Shown here: positions 25,616-36,378 of the stretch, piece by piece
Layout of the letters: each line of letters opens with the position of its first letter
How positions within the stretch are numbered: position 1 is the stretch's first letter
NCBI GenBank assembly: GCA_030324005.1
Contig: JARDVH010000042.1
Coordinates: forward strand, 66,634,462 to 66,698,461
Length of the DNA: 64,000 nucleotides
Origin: Negaprion brevirostris
Taxonomy: Eukaryota
Direction of reading: 5' to 3'
Notes under the pieces: generated by a model
Told to the model about the DNA's origin: nothing
What the model saw: only the letters and a program-made list of their open reading frames with translations
Databases searched by the model: none
Program-made: the position numbers and the translations under genes

Positions 25616-26342
25616 AGTGGAGGCATGCAATCTCTAACTGAAACTTGAGCTTAACTTAAAGAACCTAAAGTGATGTTGCTAACACTCCAACACCTCAGAA
25701 AGGGTTAAGGACATTCGGCACAAGAATTTCTAAGAGTCGTAATTCTGCTGAGAAAACAATGGCAGCAATGGAATAAGAAAGCGTAGTGGCTACCCATAGG
25801 TTATTGAAAATGAGAAGGAAGAATTTAGAGCAGGAAAGCCTGAAAAATATTACCCTCTTTAAAGATCTATCTACCTGTAGTGAGGTTGATGCCTTTGAGC
25901 AGACTATCAAATAGATTATAATGTCACCATAAAATATGATGATTGGAACAGGGAGTTAGAAGAAATAAAAGTGGGGTAGCATTTTATCAAGAACCCTTCA
26001 TCAGAGATACTGAGGAAAGATCTCCAACCTAAAACAGTAATTTTACACCCTCTCTACAGGAATGCTCGAACAGTTAGTAATTTACTAATTTACTTTTCAG
26101 ACTTCCAATATCTAAAATATTATACTTATTTTCAAAACTTGAAAGATTGGAAACAATCATTTGTGGAACAAGGCTTGGATTTTCACCAAAAACAGAATAC
26201 TGTGGATCAGGAAAATCTGAAATATAGACAGAAACTACTGTATATACTCAGCAACTTAGGCAGCATCTGTGGAGAGAGAGAACAGAGTTAAAGTTTCACG
26301 TCTTGACTTTCATCAGAAATTGGAAAAGTTAAAGATTTAAGT

Positions 26343-26568
26343 TCATCTTGTGATCAGTGTATTTGTGCCCTGTGTTGCTGACATGCTACACATGCCTGAA
26401 AGGGAATGACATCTCTGGGCTCTTTGAAGACCAGCCCAAGCTGCCAGAATGGCTCCTGGAGGACAAGGGCTACCTGCTGAGATCATGGCTGATGACAGAG
26501 GCCTGAGATTAAGGCACATGCCTGCTACAATGAGGGCCACGCTGCCACCCAATCAGTGGTAGGGTGCC
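26343..26568 (+). repeat. Second copy of the Harbinger transposase internal fragment
   Basis: Aligns directly with 27558-27790 (tggctcctggaggacaagggctacctgctgag is identical). Confidence 0.85.
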
Positions 26569-26852
26569 TGTTTTGAGCAAGGGATGGGCCAAGAACAAAA
26601 GGAAGATCTGTGAAAGGAAAGAAGACAGCTAAAGTCTGAATGATAGGGATAATGGGAATGATAATTGGGCAAGAAAGAAAAGTAATACAGGATGTGTTTG
26701 GAGTAAATGTGCTACCAACTGCAAGTAAAAATAAAAGAAAAATGGAAACAAGCAAAGAAAAGGAAATAAAATGGGACAGAAATTATGGTCTGAAATTGTT
26801 GAACTCATTGTTGAGTCTGGAAGGCTGCAAAGTGTCTAACTGAAAGATAAGG

Positions 26853-28191
26853 TGGGGGGGGGAGCAGTTCTCCCATCCCATTAGCTCATTGGGCCAAGAG
26901 ATTTGAGCACTGGTCGATTCGTGAGATTCACACTGTGCATCCGGTCCAGAATGCATCTCCCAGCCTAAGTTTTTTGGTGTGGAGGAATCCACGCTGAAAG
27001 TAAATGTAAAGGAGATTAGCATGTGTTTACATACCTTTAAATATAATAAGCAGGTCCATGACTAGAATCTCCACCCCCATTAGCATCTTGCCCCCAACTC
27101 TGGTGTGGCATCCCACTGGTGGGGATTACAACTGCTGTATAAAAGTCAGGAGCTGGCATGGCAGCATTGAACAGGAGAAAGGAAGTAAGTCTTATGGGGC
27201 TACAATCCCCGGATTGCAGGGGAGGTTGGAGGCAGGGCCTGGAAACTTTCTGCTTGCTGTGGGGAACTTCCTGGAGAGCTGAAAGTGCTGTTCCCGGGCC
27301 CAGGGTTGTTTCTTGTAGACTCTGTGGGTGGAAGTGTGTTCCTTTACTGACTGCTGGTCAGGCTGCTGTCTGCAGTCACTGGGATGTGCCATTGTTCTGG
27401 CTGTGAGGTGTGGTGAGGAACTGGACTGAGTGCTGGGCTCTGAGGAAGGAGGGGCAGAAGTGCACCATATACCGCTTGAAGGCAGCTATTGTTCCAAACA
27501 ATGGGCCCTGTTTAACATAGACACTCATACTGCACGTACTCTGTAGTCAATGGAAACTCATCTTGTGATGATTAGCAGTCGTATCCCTGCCCCGTGTTGC
27601 TGACATGCAACACATGCCTGGAAGGGAATGACATCCCTGGGCTCTTTGAAGACCAGCCCAGGCTGCCAGGTTGGCTCCTGGAGGACAAGGGCTACCTGCT
27701 GAGGTCATGGCTGACGACAGAGGCCCGAGACCAAGGTGGAGGCCTGCTGCAATGAAGCCCATGCTGCCACCTGGTCTGTGGTAGAGTGCTGCATAGGCCT
27801 GTTACAGATGAGATTCCGTTGCCTGGACCACTCTGGGGTTGCCCTCCAGTTTGATCCTGAGCATGCTTCCCACATCATAATCATCTGCTACACTCTTCAC
27901 AACATAGCACAAAAGCAGGGAGACCGGCTGGAGGAAGTGGAGGAGGAATGGCAGCAGGCAGAACTGGAGGATCTGTCATATGGGAAACTGGAGGATGGAA
28001 GGCAGGCGAAGATGGCAGGTGCCTGGTAGGGCAGGGCAGCAGGGGAGGCCTGCTTTACCTAGCTGGTGATTTCCAGTTGGGAGATGCTCCAAACATCCTT
28101 CTACCACACCCCAGGAGCCACTGCAGCTGCCACCCCCCCACCCCCATAACCCAGAGCTGGATACTGGAACCACATGACTTTTCCCCCCTCC
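26853..28191 (+). mobile_element. PIF/Harbinger transposon remnant with a broken DDE_Tnp_4 (HARBI1-like) transposase fragment (~27550-28030)
   Basis: WLLEDKGYLLRSWLTT, then a frameshift to NEAHAATWSVVECCIGLLQMRFRCLDHSGVALQFDP...CYTLHNIA; G-rich TIR-like start at 26853. Confidence 0.82.
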
Positions 28192-29429
28192 NNNNNNNNN
28201 NNNNNNNNNNNNNNNNNNNNNNNNNNNNNNNNNNNNNNNNNNNNNNNNNNNNNNNNNNNNNNNNNNNNNNNNNNNNNNNNNNNNNNNNNNNTGTTCCTCA
28301 AGCTTACACTGAGCTTCACTGAGACAGTGCAATTGATCAAGAACAGAGGCGTCAACATGAGAGCAAGGCAGAGAATCAAAATCACAAGTCACCAAAAGCT
28401 CAAGGTCATGCTTGCAGACTGAATAGAGTATCTGCAAAACAGTCACCCAATCTGCTTTTGGATTCCCCAATGTAGTTTGCAGTGAATACAATAGATTAAA
28501 TTGAAAGAAATACACCAAATCGCTACTTACAACTGGAGTGAAGTAGTGTTTGGGATCTCAGACAGTGAGGAGAGAGGAGGCAAAAAGGCAGCTCTTCCAT
28601 CTCCTGCATTTGCTTGGAATGATGCTGTGAGAAGGGAATGAGATGGTGGGAATGACTGAGACATGAACCATGGTATTGCACAGTCAACAGCACACATGCT
28701 CCAGGCTTTTCATGTGTTTTTGTTTTGTTTCTTGCCCCTTCACCACTCCGTTTGGCTCTGTAAGACTAACTTTTCTTTCATTCAATCTCTTCTGTTTTCC
28801 ACTCTATCATAGAGCTTGTCTGGGCTGGATAACTGGGGGAAGACAAGCCACCCCATCCTGCCCTTTTTGGACACTAGTTGCCATTTTCTCGTAAATGTTC
28901 AGTGACACTTTGAAAAGCTTTGTGACATTTAAACAGCTATTGTGGGTGTCAGTGAATGGGTGAATGGGTAGGCAAGATGGGTGAGATAAGTGGTAGGTGG
29001 CAGTTGGGCATGGTGACAGCTGGGTAGGATGGCAGCTGGGCCAAGTCAGTCAGGAGTGGGGTGGGGGTGAGGTGCAATTTGGTTGCTGGGGATAACCAGG
29101 TCGGATTGGAAGAAGTCTGAGGGTTAGTTTGGGGATTGAGGAGGTAAGTGGGAAGGATGTCGCTTAACCCAGGAATTTGACTAGGACTTTTCTGTCTAAC
29201 ATTTCATGCACAATTCTTCAGCTAAGTAAGTTGGAACTGTCCGCAGTCTGATCCTAACTCAGAGTTGGAGACTTTTCCTGAAGGCCCTAGGGAACAGGGA
29301 ACACCAAAAGTTCAAATTTTCCAGATAATTCCCACAGAGTCAATGAGTTGGGACTTCCAAGGGTTGCTGAAGCACATTTTGCATGAACGTCTGATCTGTG
29401 ACAATCTGGAGACCGGAAGATGTGGGCCA

Positions 29430-29910
29430 TAGTGTGCAGTTTTGGCCTTGCACTATAGAAAGGATGTTAGAACAATAGAGGAGTGCGGATTCACTAAGGT
29501 GTTGTCTGATAACAACAAATGGGGGCTGTTTTCACCCAAACACAGGAGATCAAGATAATTTGGCAGCGGTGTTTAAAATTATGAAGGAATGGGATAGGAT
29601 AATATAAACTGACTGTTTCTGAAGACTGAGTTGTATGTAATGAAGGAAAATTGATGCAAGATTAAATGTAAGGCCTCAAACCAAAAGCAGAAGTTTTTTT
29701 ACACAGAAGGTTATGGAAAGCACTACCAGAGTTTGTGAACAAATCTGTTCATTAAAGAACGTTAAAGAATCCGTTTGTTAGGGAGTGGAGGAAAATAGGG
29801 AGAAAGGAACCTGGAAAAGACACAAGGACTTGGATTAAAACTATTGGTTAAGTGAAAGATAAATATTAACATGGTTGGGCTGAACAACCTGTTTTCATTT
29901 TGTAATTTTG
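29430..29910 (+). mobile_element. Old CR1 LINE 3' fragment
   Basis: gtgtgcagttttggcc..., tttaaaattatgaagg and ttgggctgaacaacctgttt tail. Confidence 0.6.
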
Positions 29911-30569
29911 TTCTGTCAAACCCTCATTCTATATTGTTTACCCAGAGTCATTCCAGTCTACTTTTATAAGCTTATGCTGCAAAGGGCACAACCCATAAAA
30001 ATACAGAAAAATAAATGTTAGAGTGGTCCAACAATGATGTGAAGTGGAATAATATGAGTTCACAGTTAAATTCTAATTATAATCATACAAGTGCTGAGGG
30101 GATACTGGAGATCAAGATTTCCCAGGTTGCTGTTGAACATCTTTCAGCAGTCAGGACATTAACAAGAATCAATTACCTACCTACCCTTTTGACCTATAAA
30201 TGGTGTGGCGCAGGGGAAAATGGATGAAAAGACTATGGAAAATATATTAAATCCACCATTTTCAGCAAATGACTGAATTGTGAATGTTTCCACCATGAAT
30301 AAAACTGTTCCAATGAAACAATTGACTGAATTTCTGAGACAATTATGGAAGAATAAATTCACACCTTTAAATATTTCTGCAAACAGTATGTACAGCTTGT
30401 CTCCGACAAAATATTGGCAAGACTTCAACTGTTGTGTTCAGTCCACACCACAAACTCCTTTCCCTATTTGTCCTGGCTATTATCTGAGGCTGAACTAAAT
30501 TACTTGAAATGTAATTGATCCTGAGATGAGTTGACATTCTGTCACAAAAATAGCCTATTTCTAGTTTTG

Positions 30570-30930
30570 TAAATTCAGCCACCTCCATCCGTGCTCACTT
30601 CATCTGCTGCTGAAACTCATTCAAGTCTTGTTATCTCTACACATGACTGGTTCAATGCTGTTTTGTTTTCCACTCTCCATAAACTTGAGATTATTTAAAA
30701 CTGAGCTGTCCATATTCTAACTCACACTAAGTTGCATTTACTCATCACCTACATTAGCTACTGGTATGGTGAGACCTAGATTTTAAAATTCTCACCTTTT
30801 TTTCAAATCCCTCCATGATCTCACCCTTCCCTATCACTGTAACATCGTCAAGCCTCCAAGATCTCTGCAGTCCTCTAAATCTGACCTCCTATACATCCTC
30901 AATTTTAATAGCTTCCTCATTGATGGTCGT
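30570..30930 (+). mobile_element. Old L2 LINE fragment
   Basis: catctgctgctgaaactc, tttaaaattctcacc and ttcaaatccctccatg resemble the reverse complement of the L2 at 3300-3660. Confidence 0.6.
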
Positions 30931-31964
30931 ATTGGATTTTCGAATGTTATTAAACCTGCACGATTAGAATATTAGTAGAGTAGACTGAACATCTTATTTA
31001 TAGTGAGCATTTATGTCATATAGATAATGGAAATGAATTCTAGGAATATTATTGGTATCTATCACAAGTACTGTGACACTATTGGAATGATGCTACATTC
31101 TAAAACTGAAACACACCATGTACTTTGATATGCCACAACTATGGTCACCCTCTGCATGAAAATTTCCATGACTGTAGTAGGATCCAGAGAAGCAGGAGAT
31201 TAAGATCTCCAGGTACACAGAATATGGCAGAAATGAATATGATCAATCTTGGAGGACCATGGTTAAAAACTGACATAAATTATGGGAATGATACAAAAGA
31301 AGCTACCTTTCCAAATGAGCTGATAAATACTTCAGATAAACGCACGTTTATCTTCCATTCTCCCAATTTTGCCTTAAATTTGTATCTGTGGTGTCATCAG
31401 ACTCTGAATATTTCAAACTATCTTGAATGGCTATTGTTTAATGAAACTTCAAAACAAACTGTGACACTGGTACAACCCTTAATGTGACAGAATAATAAAA
31501 ATACATGGTTTAGAGAAAACCATGCTACTTAGAGTTATGCTTAGTAAGGAAATTGAACCATCTATTCAAATTCTCTAGTTTTAACACATCAAGTTATGTA
31601 ATAAAACAAAAATGACTTTTTTTATTGGACTGAAACCAATGAGTCAATTTTACAAGACATTTCAGTGAACGAAAACAACAGCTCCTTACTTGGCCAAACA
31701 GTTGCATTGCTGTACATTACAAATCCCAAGGCCATTAAAAAGAGAGTCAGGCTGTCTCAAAGAACCCATCAAAGACAATGGGTGAGATTCTCCGGCTGTT
31801 CNNNNNNNNNNNNNNNNNNNNNNNNNNNNNNNNNNNNNNNNNNNNNNNNNNNNNNNNNNNNNNNNNNNNNNNNNNNNNNNNNNNNNNNNNNNNNNNNNNN
31901 NNNNNNNNNNNNNNNNNNNNNNNNNNNNNNNNNNNNNNNNNNNNNNNNNNNNNNNNNNNNNNNN

Positions 31965-32078
31965 CCATTCGTAGACACGCAGGGTAGAATAGGTGTAGGG
32001 TGATGGCGGTGCGGGCTCGTTGGGCCGAAGGGCCTGTTTCCTGTGCTGGGTTGTTCTTTGTTCTTTTGTTCTTTGTTC
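31965..32078 (+). mobile_element. Young CR1 3' tail next to a gap
   Basis: gcgggctcgttgggccgaagggcctgtttcctgtgctg(ttctttg)n with CpGs retained; near-identical to 51546-51636. Confidence 0.8.
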
Positions 32079-33144
32079 AATAAACACTGTTCTCTATTTT
32101 TTAAACTAAGAAGGAAACATGTCTGTTGTGTATGTTATAATGACAGTGTGTAAACAGTTAAACACTCATTGAATTGGCAAGCATATCCTTTTTAAAAACT
32201 CAGCTGTTGCAGACAAATGAAGAATGGGAAAAGAAAGAAGCCATTCTACCCCTCTAGACTTGATTGTCATAGACATTTGGTGGCTGTGTCACTTATTGGA
32301 AGCAGAATATCAATATCAGAATACCAAATTGATCCCTAGAAGAGTTTTAAAAACTTCCATCCATTTTTTTTTGTGTGTTACGGTATTAGTATACTTGTTG
32401 CATCCAAAATCCAGCCTGGTAGCTTTATAGAACAGAATGCAGTAATTTGAAACATTTTTAAAAACCTATCCATTGAAGAGTTATGGAGTGTGGCTAGACA
32501 TTTAGAAATAAGAATCTGCAAAAAAGCAAGGAAACTCAAAATCCTCCAAATTTGATGAACCTTTTTGCAAAAGAAAAACAGGAGACAGGTGAGGAATCTG
32601 AAATGGACAAGCTAGTATTCACAAAGATGCAACTAGAGCAATGGAAACCAGAACTGGAATTCCAAGAGAAGGGAAAAAAAAGACAAGAGAGAAGTGAAAA
32701 GGGGGGAAGAGACAGAAAGAAAGAATATAATTCCAGGAAGAGAGAAAGCCTTCCAGAAAACAAAAGCAGGAAAGGGAATTAAGGCAAATCGGACTGAGTA
32801 AGGCCACTACTCAGTAAGGACTTAAAAGAGGAAACATCCTTTCAACATCTGCTTTGTCAATACAATTTAGAATCTTATATACTTCAATCAAGTCACCCCT
32901 CATCCTAGGAGACCTTGTGGCACAGAAGAAGTTTTGGCTTTGAATTCAATACTAGGACTTGTTGGCCATGGAAGAAGCGTTCAGCGTAGTTCAACTGGCT
33001 GATAATCAGCTCAGAGATCCTTCCACCAATTTACCCCTCTAGGGGGTTTTAGTTAAGTTGGGCAGCATGGTCGGTGCAAGCTTGGAGGGCTGAAGGGCCT
33101 GTTCCTGTGCTGTAATTTTCATTGTTCTTTGTACTTCTGTTCTT

Positions 33145-33490
33145 TGAGTAACATGCTGTAGATAGAGGGGAGCCTGTAGACCCACTGTACTTAGATTTTG
33201 GGTAAACATTTTGTAACGCGCTACATCAAAGGTTATTTCAAAAAATAAAAGCTCATGCTGCAGGGTTAACATATTAGTCTGGATTGAAAATTGGTTGGCT
33301 TGCAGAAAAAGGAGACTATGCATAAATGAGTCTTTGTCTTATTGGCAGGATGCAAGGTATGGAGTCCTGCAGGGATCTGTGCTAGGGCCTCAATTGTTTA
33401 CAATTTACATCAATGACTTAGATGGCATGATAGTTAAATTTGCAGATGGCACCAAGATAGGTAAGAAAATCTGTTGCAAAGAAGACATAT
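33145..33490 (+). mobile_element. CR1 RT fragment
   Basis: GVLQGSVLGPQLFTIYINDLDG.IVKFADGTK. Confidence 0.85.
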
Positions 33491-33639
33491 GGATTGCAAT
33501 TTTACCAGCTTGCTCCATCCATCGATGGGCAGAGCGAGTCGGTAAAATCGCACGAGAACTGAGAAGTCAGGATTGCACCTGATTTCTTGGCTCTCGCGAT
33601 CCTACTGGCACCAGATTTCCAGCGCAGTCAACCTTTTGC

Positions 33640-34023
33640 CCATTTCCAGCAAATTCCCATCCTATTCATGTATTTGTCAAGGTGCCCCTTAAAAGTCAGT
33701 ACCATATCCGCTTCCATTATTTCCCCCAACAACGAGTTCCAGGCACCAACTACTCTTTCTGTAAAAAATCTGTCTCGTACATCTCCTTTAAATCTTGCCC
33801 CTCACACCTTAAACCTATCCCCCCTAGTAATTGACTCTTTCACCCTGGGAAAAAGGTTCTGACTATCCACTCTGTCCATGCCTCTCATGATCTTGTAGAC
33901 TTCTATTAGGTCGCCCCTCAACCTCCTTTGTTCCAGTGAGAACAAGCCAAGTTTCTCCAACCTCTCCTCATAGCTAATGCCCTCCATACCAGGCAACATC
34001 CTGGTAAATCTTTTCTGTACCCT
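33640..34023 (-). mobile_element. CR1 3' fragment
   Basis: RVQKRFTRMLPGMEGISYEERLEKLGLFSLEQRRLRGDLIEVYKIMRG. Confidence 0.9.
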
Positions 34024-35239
34024 NNNNNNNNNNNNNNNNNNNNNNNNNNNNNNNNNNNNNNNNNNNNNNNNNNNNNNNNNNNNNNNNNNNNNNNNNNNNN
34101 NNNNNNNNNNNNNNNNNNNNNNNTTAAACTTTGTTTTTGATAAAAGCTCCTTGTGGGTCAGTTGGATCATAACTGAAGTGAATCCTCTCATGCTCATCCC
34201 ACTCAAATTCAACATAAAATGTTTCAGGTCAGGCGAGCTTCATAGAACACCTTGAATTACGCAACCTGACTTGTAACAGTAGAAACTCTTGCTATCTGTT
34301 TTTACATTCCTGGCTAGCTTCCTCTCATACTGTAATTTATTTCTCCTGAATAAACTTCCAGTCATTCTCTGCCAATCTTTACATTATGACAAATCATCTC
34401 ATCTGCAACTCATCTTGCGCAGTTATGTATTTTACTTAAGTTTAATGCTTAAAATGAACTTCTGATTTCAAAACGGTTACTTAAAGTGACCCAGTTGTGT
34501 GCAACTGAGAATGTTTGTCTCCACTTATTAAAGTAAAGCAGAAAAGTTAAATTTTACTGCTGACAGCTGCTTTTTATAAATTTACTACATAACATCATTT
34601 GATATACTGGACATTACAAAGTTTTATGTTTTTAATAGATATGATTGAACATGTGGCTCCTAACCAGAGCCACAATGAAATTTTGTTTTGATTTTATTTT
34701 AGAACGGGTAATAATGGTTTCCAGAGCCACATGACGACTAATGCAGCAACAAGAAACCTAGACGTTTAAGAATTTATAAACTTGTCAATAAATAAAGACT
34801 TTGCCTTTCAATGGCTGGCTTTTAACTATTTGGTTCATTTTACCTTTTGAGAATGGGAAATGTATTAATTGAAGCTAACCGTAAATTAAGTGGTACTTTC
34901 ATACTGTCTGGTATGAAAGTACCATTTAAAACTGCCACAGCTGGATATAGTTCTAAAGATTGAAATTGATATGAATAGCTATTCCAAGTACTCAAAGGCA
35001 GTTATGTTGTGTGGTAAGAGTGCATCAGAGCACTGCTTCAGCACCATGGATTTCAAGCAGACTTATAAATCAATGTGGCTCCCAAACCTGGACATTCAAG
35101 TACCTGATATTTTAAAATGCTGTAAAGATGCTCAGATTCAATCCCAGGCTAGTTCCTCCCTAGATTTGCTGCTGATAATCTCACTAGCACATTCAGCACA
35201 TTCTCTTTGTGTCAATTCTCTGCAAGAGCAACTCAGCTA

Positions 35240-36010
35240 CTCCTTGACCTTTTCCCTGTAACCCAGTTAATTCTTTTCTCTTCAGATAATTATCCAGTTC
35301 CCTTTTGAAAACTGCAGCTTAATTTGTCCCCACCACACACTCAGGAGATGGATTCAAGATCCAAAGTACTTGTTTCATGAAGAGGTTTTTCCTTATGTCA
35401 ACTCTGGTTCTTTTTTAATCACTTTGGGGTTATCAACCACCTGCTGATGGGAACAGTTTCTTCTTATTTACGCTCTCCAGACTCCTCATGATTTTGAACA
35501 TGTCTAACAAATCTCCTCTAAACCATCTTTTCTCCAAGGAGAACAGTCTCGGCTTTGTTAATCTTTCCAAATAACTGAAGTCTCTCATGTACAGAACAAT
35601 TCTTGTAAATCTGTTCTGCACCCTTTCTAAAAACCTTCATTAACTTCCCATGGAGATTGAACCAGTGTCTTATGAATGTTCATAACTTACTTGCTTCAGT
35701 ACTCTGTGCTCCTATATATAAAATGCAGAATTCAGATAAATTTATTAACTGCTTTCTCAACGTGTCCTGCCATCTTCAATGATTTATACACATGTATGGA
35801 CATATACATCCTCTGCTCCTTCATTTCTTTAGAATTGTACCTTTCTGTATTCAATTTAATCTGCCATGTGTCTACCCTTTCCATCAGCTTGTCTATATCT
35901 CTTGAAGTCTATCACTACTCCCTCATAGTCCACAATACTTCCAAGTCATGTATCATCTTCAAATTTTGATGTTATACCCTATACACCCAGGTCTAGGTTG
36001 TAATTATAAA
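35240..36010 (-). mobile_element. Old CR1 LINE fragment
   Basis: QNRFTRIV...FSLEKRWFRGDLLDMFKIMR. Confidence 0.75.
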
Positions 36011-36052
36011 TCAAGAAAAGCAATGATCCCTCCATATTTCATCTCCTTGTCA

Positions 36053-36378
36053 AATCATAGAATCCCTACAATGCAGAAGGAGGCCATTTGGCTCATTGAA
36101 TCTGCGTTGACCACAATCCCACCCAGGCCCTATCCCCATAACTCCACATATTTACTCCTCTAATCCCACTGACACTAGNNNNNNNNNNTAACATGGCAAA
36201 TCAACCTAACCCACACATCTTTGGACTGTGGGAGGAAACTGAAGCACCCAGAGGAAACCCACGCAGACATGGGGAGAACGTGCAAACTTCACACAGACAG
36301 TGACCCGAGGCCAGAATTGAATCTGGGTCCCTGGTGCTGTGAGGCAACAGTGCTAACCAATGTGCCACTGTGGTGCCC
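36053..36378 (-). mobile_element. HE1-type V-SINE
   Basis: Full head, core and CR1-type tail (aatcatagaatccctacaatgcagaaggaggcc). Confidence 0.88.

Larger units (their letters stand above)
26190..28700 (-). mobile_element. Penelope-like retroelement (GIY-YIG C-terminus, pLTR with hammerhead remnant), interrupted by Harbinger sequences
   Basis: Minus-strand SVCKHDLELLVTCDFDSLPCSH...SEAQCKLEE resembles the Penelope GIY-YIG C-terminus; CTGATGA...GAAAC on the minus strand at 26293-26316. Confidence 0.75.

Noticed and set aside
27736-28029. HARBI1 host gene
   Set aside because: The sequence is frameshifted, fragmentary, embedded in TEs and locally duplicated, so it is a transposon remnant and not the domesticated gene.
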